Source: an uncultured Alphaproteobacteria bacterium
Lineage (GTDB): Bacteria > Pseudomonadota > Alphaproteobacteria > CAAHEQ01 > UBA3637
Length of the DNA stretch: 64,000 nucleotides
Assembly: GCA_934203105.1 (NCBI GenBank)
Contig: CAKPYQ010000006.1
Coordinates: 3,288-67,287 of the forward strand
Direction of reading: 5' to 3'
The notes under the pieces were generated by a model. It was not told the origin of the DNA and did not search any database. It saw only the letters and a list, made by a program, of their open reading frames with translations. Shown here piece after piece: positions 45,141 through 54,900 of the stretch; positions within the stretch are counted from its first letter, which is position 1; each line of letters opens with the position of its first letter. A program made the position numbers and the translations under genes.

Positions 45141-45169
45141 TGGACAGTTTTTAAAGTGTTTGCTAATAT
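45141..45169 (+). promoter_or_regulatory. Putative sigma70 promoter of the Sel1 gene at 45202
   Basis: TGGACA (45141-45146), a 17-nt spacer, then TAATAT (45164-45169). Confidence 0.45.
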
Positions 45170-45201
45170 CTGTTAATAAAGAAGTGTAAAAGGGGCTTTT
45201 T

Positions 45202-46245
45202 ATGAAAAAAATATTGATTGCGGCTTTGTTATTTTCTGGGGTCAGTTGCGTTGCTTTGGCTGATTATACGAAAGGTTTGGCGGCTTTTCAGCGCGCGGAT
45301 TATGCTTTGGCGGTGCAAGAGTTAAGCGACGCATCGGATATGAATGATGCAAAGGCACAGTATCTGTTGGGGTTTATGTACTATCACGGCTATGGTGTGC
45401 CGCAAAATTATAAGAAAGCTTTTTCTTTGTTCGAGCGTTCTATGGAATTGGGCAATATCGACTCCCAAACATTTTTGGCATATATGTATGATGAAGGAAA
45501 AGGTGTTGCCACCAATAAACGTAAGGCTTTTGAGCTTTATCAATCTTCTGCCGAACAAGGGGACGTGACCGCAACGATGAACTTGGGCGTGCTGTTTTAT
45601 CGTGGTGACGGCGTACCGCAAAACTATGATAAAGCGTTTGAGTTGATGAGTTCGATTGAAAATGCGCAACACCCGATTGTTCAATTTTATTTGGGTAATT
45701 TGTACTTTTACGGTTTCGGAACTGCTAAAAATATGGAAAAGGCTGTGCCTTATTATATCGAAGCGGCGCGGTTGGGTTCAATCGAAGCGCATTATGTTTT
45801 GGGGCATTTATACCAAAACGGTTTAGGCGTAGATCAAGATTTGCCAAAAGCAGCAGCTTATTATGAATACGCCGCGGTGAATGGGTATCCTTTGGCGCAG
45901 TTTAATTTGGCGACGATGTATGCGGACGGGCAAATCGGCTCTGTGGATCAGGTCAAAGCTTATGCGTGGTTATCGCTGGCCGTTAAAAATGATGTAGAGC
46001 CGGCCAAAAAGGCGCTTTCGATTTTGTCCGAAAAAATGAGTTTGTCGGAAATTTCACGGGCAAAAGCGGAAATTGTCGATCTTGAACGGCGTTTAAACCG
46101 TCCGGATGTTGCATCGCCTGTACCTCCGCGTCCGGGACAAAGCGTTAATGGAATGCCCGAAAATGTAAATGGAACCGAACTTGATGCAAACGCAGATGCA
46201 ACGCGTATTAAACGTCGCTCGGCCAGAATGATGCGGAGAAGATAA
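45202..46245 (+). CDS. Secreted Sel1-repeat (SLR/TPR-like) protein
   Basis: A signal peptide is followed by about 7 Sel1 units (AQYLLGFMYYHGYGVPQNYKKAFSLFERS..., and similar). The C-terminal tail is Arg-rich (RIKRRSARMMRRR). Confidence 0.85.
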   Translation: MKKILIAALLFSGVSCVALADYTKGLAAFQRADYALAVQELSDASDMNDAKAQYLLGFMYYHGYGVPQNYKKAFSLFERSMELGNIDSQTFLAYMYDEGKGVATNKRKAFELYQSSAEQGDVTATMNLGVLFYRGDGVPQNYDKAFELMSSIENAQHPIVQFYLGNLYFYGFGTAKNMEKAVPYYIEAARLGSIEAHYVLGHLYQNGLGVDQDLPKAAAYYEYAAVNGYPLAQFNLATMYADGQIGSVDQVKAYAWLSLAVKNDVEPAKKALSILSEKMSLSEISRAKAEIVDLERRLNRPDVASPVPPRPGQSVNGMPENVNGTELDANADATRIKRRSARMMRRR

Positions 46246-46246
46246 G

Positions 46247-46555
46247 ATGTGGACGAAATTCAGAAATGCTTTTGCTTTTCATATATCGGATATAGCCGGT
46301 TTGTTGATCGGTTTAAGCTTTATTTATGTTTGTTCGAATACCGAATTGTTTTATGTTGTGTTAGCGCCACAGCTTTATTTGGTTTTGTTATTGCTTGCGT
46401 TTTTGGTTCATTCGTGGGCGTGGTTATTGATGTACCATGGTGAAAGCGCTTATATGAAACAAATGTTTGGCAAATCGTTTAAGGATTTTTTGCGCTTAAC
46501 ATTGGCGACGATTTCAACGATCGGAGTTTACTTTTTAACGCAATCCGTTTTTTAA
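46247..46555 (+). CDS. Small membrane protein (3 predicted TM segments)
   Basis: The 102-aa hydrophobic ORF has its ATG 1 nt after the Sel1 gene's stop. I recognise no family. Confidence 0.5.
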   Translation: MWTKFRNAFAFHISDIAGLLIGLSFIYVCSNTELFYVVLAPQLYLVLLLLAFLVHSWAWLLMYHGESAYMKQMFGKSFKDFLRLTLATISTIGVYFLTQSVF

Positions 46556-47688
46556 CGGCATTGATCGTTTGTGCAAGGTGTGGCCGTGATGATTTCGATC
46601 ATTGCGGCTTTTTCATTCAATGAGATACCGGAACGCTTTTTTTCCCAATCGTCCATTGGGGTAATATCGCCGACAACTTCATACCAACCGGTTTTTAATT
46701 GGGACGTTTGTTCGGTTTTATACGCTTTCATCAAGTACGGTTGATCGATAAAAATGGCTTTATTGTTGGAAACATCGGCAATATGAATGATTTGTTTTTG
46801 ATGTTCGACCGTTGGCGCTGATGGTGTTTGCAGTGGCTCTTCTTGGATTAAGTTTAAAGCTTGACCTTGCGTTTTTGGGGCCTGTTCCTGTTGTGGTGCC
46901 AATATTTGTTGCGACTTTTCGGGCTTTGTGTCGGGCGCCATCACATAATTAAAAGATTGATTTTGGTCTTGTAACCAAAAAACGCTATTCGGATCTTTGT
47001 TTAAATATTCTTGGAAAAACACGCCGTCTTTGTCCAAAGACGGGCTGTCCGTTGCAGCAAAAACAATGGTTTGTACCTTTGGACATAAAGTTAAAGCATA
47101 GCTTTTGACAACCGTAAAGATGTTTTGTATGGTGTCGTTTTCTTTGAACAGGTCTTTGTTTTGGGTTTGAACCACGACTTCAAAAGGCGAGCAAACTTCA
47201 AATGATGTATAAGCTCCGTTCATCGGGTAGGCGCGCATTTTTCCGATATAACGGACAGCCAATTCATCATCTTTGTCGATAAAATAGTACAGGTTTTGTG
47301 TGCCGTTTGGATCGGCGCTGCGTTTAATGGCATAGCTGTTTAACGGGGTGGCTCCAATGTAAAATCCGTTTAAAAAGTAACCGTTTAAAGTTATGGTGTC
47401 ATTGCCGTTTGTGACATTGACGGACGCAAAGCCTTTTTCAAGGCATTGTACGTCGTCCAATTCGGATCGTTGCGTGATTTCGATTTGGGCCATTTGATCA
47501 ATAGGGGATTGCGATAAGTAATGCAACAGACACTTTTTGTCGGGTGTATAAATCAGATATTCGTTAAAGCTTTGCCCATTTTCATAAAAGACATCTTCGT
47601 TTGTCGGTAAAGAAAAAACATCTGCCGCTTTTGCCGGCGTATAAAGCGCCCCCAAAGCCGCGATCATTAAGGCAATAGATGTTTTCAT
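46552..47688 (-). CDS. Exported hypothetical protein
   Basis: The 378-aa ORF has a signal peptide (..YTPAKA/AD) and a Gln/Pro-rich central linker. The ATG overlaps the upstream stop (ATGA). I recognise no domain. Confidence 0.6.
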   Translation of the reverse strand: MKTSIALMIAALGALYTPAKAADVFSLPTNEDVFYENGQSFNEYLIYTPDKKCLLHYLSQSPIDQMAQIEITQRSELDDVQCLEKGFASVNVTNGNDTITLNGYFLNGFYIGATPLNSYAIKRSADPNGTQNLYYFIDKDDELAVRYIGKMRAYPMNGAYTSFEVCSPFEVVVQTQNKDLFKENDTIQNIFTVVKSYALTLCPKVQTIVFAATDSPSLDKDGVFFQEYLNKDPNSVFWLQDQNQSFNYVMAPDTKPEKSQQILAPQQEQAPKTQGQALNLIQEEPLQTPSAPTVEHQKQIIHIADVSNNKAIFIDQPYLMKAYKTEQTSQLKTGWYEVVGDITPMDDWEKKRSGISLNEKAAMIEIITATPCTNDQCR

Positions 47689-48170
47689 TCTTTAATCTCC
47701 TCTTTTGGGTAAATACCGAATAAAGACTTGCGCAAAATGTACCCCTTTGTATCGTTATAACGAACATAGCAAAGGATATCTTCTTGTTTGCATTTAATCA
47801 GGTGGACAATCACTTGACCGTCAAAATATGCCAATACTTTGGACGTTGTTTGTTTGCCTTTATACATCGGAGTGCGGGCGTCTTTTTGCGTCAACGCCGT
47901 TCTGCGCGCGGACAGCATACGTTTATGAATCCAACCTTGCGTTTGATCAAAGTCTTCGATTTTATACCAATGTTCAAAGCTGTCGATGATTTGAACGGGT
48001 AAATCTTTGCGCCGATATTCCCATTCAATCGGAAATCGTTCTCCGGGGCCTGCGCGCATATAAACCAAATCGCTGCGCAAAGAAGCAAAGCGCGGAAAGA
48101 CTTGCTCTTGCTGGGCGTGCAGGGGCAGGGAGAAAAAGAAAGCGAAAATAAATATCAGCAAACAGCGCAT
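47685..48170 (-). CDS. Exported bacterial SH3-like (DUF1058-type) protein
   Basis: A signal peptide is followed by FPRFASLRSDLVYMRAGPGERFPIEWEYRRKDLPVQIIDSFEHWYKIEDFDQTQGWIHKRML, the SH3b/DUF1058 pattern common in alphaproteobacteria. Confidence 0.7.
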   Translation of the reverse strand: MRCLLIFIFAFFFSLPLHAQQEQVFPRFASLRSDLVYMRAGPGERFPIEWEYRRKDLPVQIIDSFEHWYKIEDFDQTQGWIHKRMLSARRTALTQKDARTPMYKGKQTTSKVLAYFDGQVIVHLIKCKQEDILCYVRYNDTKGYILRKSLFGIYPKEEIKE

Positions 48171-49402
48171 CAATTTTGATCTTCCTTTTTTTGTTCGTTC
48201 TCAAAGTCGCGTTCGATTTTTTCAAACTCGGCCAAAATTGCCGGCGGAGCTGCCGGTTCATCAAAACTGGGTGAGGCGGGCGCGTTGTCGGTGTCCATAA
48301 TGACGGCGTCTTGCTCATCGGTATCATTATCGTTTTGGGGACGTGCAACCGGTTCGATAATTGATTCGCCGGCCTGCTGGGTTGTCGGTGTGTCAGAGCT
48401 GATTGGTTCAATCGCAGGCGCTGTCGGTTCAATTGTTTTTATGGCCTCGTCAACAAAGGTTGTGCTTTGTTCGGTAAGTGGTGTTTCTTGATTTGCCGAA
48501 ATAGAGCTTTGCTCTGTTGAGCCGGCCGCTTGCGTTGTCGGCAAAACAGGTTCGGTTATCGGTTCGACCGTATCCGGTGACGGCGTTTCGTCATCTGTGA
48601 AAGGTGTAACCGGTTCGACCATGTCGGGCGTCGGCGTTTCGTCATCTGTGAAAGGTGTAACCGGTTCAAACTGTGGTACCGTGTTCGATCCGCGCGCGAA
48701 CATATCAAGCGGTGTATCGGGGCTGTCTTCTGTTTCTGTTTCGACCTCGTTTTGCGCCTCTGGTTGTGTTTCGGGGTCTTTTTCGTGCACATCATAGGGC
48801 GCATTTTTTATTTCTTGCGCCGGCGTGTCAAAGACTTGCGATGTCGTTCCTTCTTGGCACAATTGTTCAACCGATGGCATAACATCATTTGTCGCTTGTC
48901 GACCTAATTCTTGGGTGATTTGGTTTTCTAAATCTTGTTTTTGCGCCTTTTCAATGCGGATTTGTTCGTTGTTTTCGGCTTGGGTTTGGCGGATTTTCGA
49001 TACAACACGTTGCGTCATATCTTGCCATTCGACGCGCAAAGCCAATGAAAAAACCATCAAAGCAATCGGTTCATTTGGTTTGATGATGACCGACGTTTGT
49101 GATGCGTTAAACACACATACTTTAATTTCACCTCTGTCAGATGCATCGATTGTCACGGGCGCATTCAAAACAATGACGCCGGTTTTGGTCGATTCTTTTA
49201 ACGATCTGATTTGTGCTTCCATGCCGATTGGTAAAGCCATCGCAAAGCCGGTGGAAAATATTTCAAAATGTTGCGGGGCAATTTTGACCGCATTGGTTTG
49301 ATGCGATCGCAAAAGCATACACGTTCCTACGCCGTCGGCATAGGTTGGCAAAGGTATTTTTTGCGAATCTGTAATACGGACAACAGGAATTTGCGGCAAC
49401 AT
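48170..49402 (-). CDS. dUTPase-fold protein with degenerate catalytic motifs and a long acidic Pro/Thr/Glu-rich C-terminal tail
   Basis: Residues 1-130 align with trimeric dUTPases (IPLPTYADGVGTCMLLRS..STGFAMALPIGMEAQIRSLKES..GVIVLNAPVTIDASDRGEIKVCVFNAS..PNEPIALMVF). The remaining ~270 aa or more are low complexity. I chose the ATG at 49402, preceded by GGGGAG. Confidence 0.65.
   Translation of the reverse strand: MLPQIPVVRITDSQKIPLPTYADGVGTCMLLRSHQTNAVKIAPQHFEIFSTGFAMALPIGMEAQIRSLKESTKTGVIVLNAPVTIDASDRGEIKVCVFNASQTSVIIKPNEPIALMVFSLALRVEWQDMTQRVVSKIRQTQAENNEQIRIEKAQKQDLENQITQELGRQATNDVMPSVEQLCQEGTTSQVFDTPAQEIKNAPYDVHEKDPETQPEAQNEVETETEDSPDTPLDMFARGSNTVPQFEPVTPFTDDETPTPDMVEPVTPFTDDETPSPDTVEPITEPVLPTTQAAGSTEQSSISANQETPLTEQSTTFVDEAIKTIEPTAPAIEPISSDTPTTQQAGESIIEPVARPQNDNDTDEQDAVIMDTDNAPASPSFDEPAAPPAILAEFEKIERDFENEQKKEDQN
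48560..48670 (-). repeat. Tandem 51-nt repeat (2.2 copies) inside the dUTPase-like gene
   Basis: Unit 1 is 48560-48610 and unit 2 is 48611-48661, followed by a partial third unit. The units differ only in a core of about 12 nt. They encode VTPFTDDETPSPDTVEP and VTPFTDDETPTPDMVEP. Confidence 0.85.
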
Positions 49403-49429
49403 GTTTTTGTCTCCCCTTTTTTTCAAGTT

Positions 49430-50844
<1,415 letters not shown>

Positions 50845-50980
50845 TCATTGATTAAAATTAGCGCAAGAATCCGAAAAAGGCAAGCACTTTTTATCGGATA
50901 ACTGGCAGATTTTAAACAATCTTTTAAATACCCGTTTTTTTAAGCGTTCAGGAAAAAAACGTTTTGTTTTAAAACAAAAA

Positions 50981-51166
50981 TTATTCGTCCCGTTGCCGGC
51001 TGCCGCGTTTGCGGGAAATTACAATGACAACCGCGCTTTTGGAACTTGCGATTTTGCGAGCCAGATTTTCCACTTTATCGCGTGGAGCTTTGACGTCAAA
51101 TTCAATATGATCAGCATTAAAAATGACGGTTTTTTTGTATGCTTTTTTATTGTTTTTCTTTGTCAT
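50981..51166 (-). CDS. Small basic hypothetical protein (61 aa)
   Basis: The ORF reads MTKKNNKKAYKKTVIFNADHIEFDVKAPRDKVENLARKIASSKSAVVIVISRKRGSRQRDE. AGGAG lies 8 nt upstream of the ATG. It lies between rpmA and obgE on the same strand. Confidence 0.45.
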   Translation of the reverse strand: MTKKNNKKAYKKTVIFNADHIEFDVKAPRDKVENLARKIASSKSAVVIVISRKRGSRQRDE

Positions 51167-51252
51167 TTTCTCAAACTCCTGTTTTACATAAAAAATCCTC
51201 TGTACAAAAGTATAGAGGATTTTTAATTAAATTTCAAGCGTTTGTTGAAAAA

Positions 51253-51510
51253 TTATGCTTTCGGAATAACACAAACGAAAGTTCTGTCGCTTTTGGAGTG
51301 TTTAAATTCAACAACACCTTCGACCTTAGCGAACAAAGTGTGATCAACACCCATACCGACGTTTTCACCCGGATAGTATTGAGTACCACGTTGACGAACG
51401 ATAATGTTTCCCGGAATAACGGATTGTCCACCCGCTTTTTTCAAACCCAAACGACGACCTTCGGAGTCGCGTCCGTTTCTTGTACTACCGCCAGCTTTCT
51501 TATGAGCCAT
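51253..51510 (-). CDS. rpmA: 50S ribosomal protein L27
   Basis: [24 protein letters not shown]...[10 protein letters not shown] is the L27 signature. Confidence 0.95.
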   Translation of the reverse strand: MAHKKAGGSTRNGRDSEGRRLGLKKAGGQSVIPGNIIVRQRGTQYYPGENVGMGVDHTLFAKVEGVVEFKHSKSDRTFVCVIPKA

Positions 51511-51522
51511 AGTCTTATCTCC

Positions 51523-51822
51523 TTATGCCTTGATTTCTGTAATTTTTACAACGGACAAATCTTGCTTGTGACCGTTTTTACGTTTATAACCTTGACGACG
51601 GCGTTTTTTGAAAACAATCACTTTTTCACCGCGAGATTGTTTTACGATTTCGCCTGCGACGGAAGCTCCGTCAACCAAAGGTGTACCCACTTTGTCGCCC
51701 ACCATCAATACTTCGGCGAAATTAACTTTTGCACCTTCATCGCCTTGGACACGTTCAATCACAATAACGTCGTCTTTCGCAACTTTATATTGTTTTCCGC
51801 CTGTTTTAATTACTGCAAACAT
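51523..51822 (-). CDS. rplU: 50S ribosomal protein L21
   Basis: [23 protein letters not shown]...[21 protein letters not shown] is the L21 pattern. Confidence 0.95.
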   Translation of the reverse strand: MFAVIKTGGKQYKVAKDDVIVIERVQGDEGAKVNFAEVLMVGDKVGTPLVDGASVAGEIVKQSRGEKVIVFKKRRRQGYKRKNGHKQDLSVVKITEIKA

Positions 51823-51866
51823 AATAATTCCTTTTTCAATTCAAATATGAAACTTCACGAACTGCT

Positions 51867-51895
51867 TATATACACCAAAAAAAATACCCTGTCAA
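51867..51895 (-). promoter_or_regulatory. Near-consensus sigma70 promoter of rplU-rpmA
   Basis: The minus strand reads TTGACA (51890-51895), a 17-nt spacer, then TATATA (51867-51872), about 45 nt upstream of the rplU ATG. Confidence 0.6.
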
Positions 51896-51949
51896 CAAAA
51901 AAATAAAAAAATACTTTATAATTTTGAAAAAAAAGCTATAATAGAGCCT

Positions 51950-54900
51950 ATGACTGATAAAACAGAACAAATTTTGGGTGGTGTTGTCGGTGGCTTTGAC
52001 GCTTTTGTCTTGGCGCGTGCGGCGCGTGAAAAGGGCTTGATTTTGCATGTGGCAGACAGTGAAGCTCATTTAAATGCGTTGTCGTGCTTGCTGGCTGTGA
52101 TCGCGCCCGATGTTCGTGTTTTAAGCTTTCCGGCATGGGATACGATCCCCTATGATCGCGTATCGCCGAATCCTCTAATAGAATCGGAACGTTTGGATAC
52201 GTTGTCGGATTTGGCAAATAATAACTTGTCCGGCAACACGATTGTGCTGACTTGCGTTGCGGCCGCTATGCAAAAAGTGCCGCCGGTTGATTTTTTCAAA
52301 GGTCAAACTTTGTCATTTAAAACCGGTGATTTGTTTGATATAGCAGCGGTTCAGGCTTTTTTAAACAAAAACGGCTATACCCGTACCGAACAAGTAATGC
52401 AAGCCGGTCAATATGCTTTGCGTGGTGGAATCGTTGATGTTTTTGTCAGCGGCGCGCAAGAGCCTTATCGATTGGATTTATTCGGTGATGTTTTGGAAAG
52501 CATTCGATTGTTTTCGGTATCGACGCAAAAGACGACGGCGGTTGTGCAAAAAATGTCAATCAAGCCGATGGCAGAATACGTTTTAAATGAAAAAAGCATA
52601 TCGGATTTTCGGACTAGGTATCGCGCTTTGGCGTCGGGACAGACGGGCGGGGATATGCTGTACGAAAGCGTTTCCGCCGGCCGTAAACTCAATGGATTAG
52701 AGCATTGGTTGCCGTTGTTTTATGACAAGATGTCAACAATTTTTGATTATGTGTCGGCCGATAGACCGGTTTACTTGGACGAAGATGTCAAGCAAGCCGT
52801 TTTGTCCAGACAATCCCAGATTTTGGAGTATTATCAGGCGCGCTTGAATGCCTTGAAAAATAAAGATCGTTTGGAAGACGTTTATTATCCGGTTGCTCCC
52901 GACAGCTTTTTTATGAATATGGAAGCGTGGACGGAGCGTTTAAAAGAGCAGAATCGGTTTGTTTTATCGGCGTTTGTTGCGCCTGATGAGATGGATTTAG
53001 GATCGCGCGTCGGGGTCAGCTTTGCTGCCGACAGAGCGGCCGGCAATGTTTTTGAAAAGTTGGCCGGCTTTATTCAAAAAGCCAAAAAACCAGTTGTTAT
53101 TGCCGGCTTTTCGGATACGTCAAGCGACCATATTATAAAAGCACTTCATCAATTCGGGATATCGCTTAATCACGCCTCATCTTGGGTGGCGGCGTTAAAG
53201 CAAGCACCGGCAATCGTTCAAATGCCGGTTGAAAAAGGTTTTGAGTGTAAGGAATTTATCCTTTTGTCCGAAGAGGATATTTTGGGCGAGCGAATGGTGC
53301 GCCCGACTCGACACAGAAAAGCCAAAGAAAACTTTATTGAAGATATATCGACGTTGAACATCGGCGATTTAGTGGTTCACGTCACGCACGGGATCGGGCG
53401 TTACGAAGGTTTGATCACCTTGCAAGCCGGCGGAACGGCTCACGATTGTTTAAAGGTTGTTTATGACGGTAATGACAAGTTGTTTGTTCCGGTTGAAAAC
53501 TTGGATATGCTGTCACGCTATGGGTCGGAAAATACCGCCGTTGCTTTGGACAGATTGGGCGGTTCCGGTTGGCAGGCGCGTAAAAGCCGTATCAAAAAAC
53601 AATTGTTGGAAATGGCCGAAAAGTTGATCAATATAGCGGCGGCACGCTATGCAACGCAAATGCCGATTATCAATCCGGATATCGGACTGTATAACGAATT
53701 TTGTGCGCGCTTTCCGTATGTCGAAACGGACGATCAGTTGCATTCGATTAACGATGTGACATCTGATTTTGCTTCCGGTCACCCGATGGATCGATTGGTT
53801 TGCGGTGACGTTGGCTTCGGGAAAACAGAAGTGGCTTTGCGGGCGGCGTTTATGGCGGCCGAAGCCGGTATGCAAGTTGCCGTTGTTGTTCCGACGACGT
53901 TGTTGGCACGGCAACATTACGCTAATTTTGTGAAGCGTTTTGAGGGCTTTCCGTTGAAAGTGGCGCGCTTGTCGCGTTTGGTCGGGGCTGCTGAAAAGAA
54001 AAAAACTTTAACCGGACTTGCGGACGGTTCGATTGATATCGTGGTTGGTACCCATGCTTTGTTGGCAAAGTCGGTGCAATTTAAAAATTTAGGCCTGCTG
54101 ATTGTCGATGAAGAGCAGCATTTCGGTGTGGCGCATAAAGAGCAGTTAAAATCTTTAAAAGCCGCGGTTCATGTATTGACTTTGACGGCAACGCCGATTC
54201 CGCGCACGTTGCAAATGTCTTTGACGGGCGTTCGGGATTTGAGCATTATTGCAACGCCTCCGGTTGACAGGTTGGCGGTCAGCACGTTTGTATTGCCTTT
54301 TGACGGGGTGATTTTGCGCGATGCGATGATGCGTGAACATTTGCGCGGAGGACAGACTTTTTACGTTTGTCCGCGTATTTCGGATATGGCGCCGTTATTG
54401 GATAAATTAAAACGAATCGTGCCTGAATTAAAGATTGTTGCAGCGCACGGACAAATGCGTCCGAGTGAATTGGAACAAATAATGACGGACTTTGTGGACG
54501 GCAAGTTTGATGTTTTATTAGCTACATCGATTATTGAATCGGGCATTGATATGTCAACGGTAAATACGATTATTATCCATCGGGCGGATATGTTTGGTTT
54601 GGCGGCTTTGTATCAGTTACGCGGTCGCGTCGGGCGCTCCAAAATTAAAGCCTATGCTTATTTGACAACATCGGAAAATAAAGTTTTAACACCGACGGCG
54701 CAAAAACGATTGGAAGTGATGCAAAGCTTGGACAGTTTAGGGGCGGGCTTTACGTTGGCCAGCCACGATTTGGATATTCGCGGCGCCGGCAATTTGTTGG
54801 GTCAAGAGCAATCCGGACACATTAAAGAAGTCGGCGTTGAGCTGTATCAAAAGATGTTAGAGGACGCCGTCGCAATGCTCAAAAGCGGGCAGAGCGTTGA

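Noticed and set aside
50962-50979. An 18-bp perfect palindrome, TTTTGTTTTAAAACAAAA, after the small ORF
   Set aside because: The stem is almost entirely A-T and has no loop. It could be a weak terminator when combined with the adjacent T7 run on the minus strand, but I cannot support that call from sequence alone.
51139-51906. A 255-aa plus-strand ORF spanning the rpmA-rplU region
   Set aside because: It lies entirely antisense to two highly conserved ribosomal protein genes. Its sequence is low complexity and rich in Phe, Thr and Asn. I treat it as a shadow ORF.
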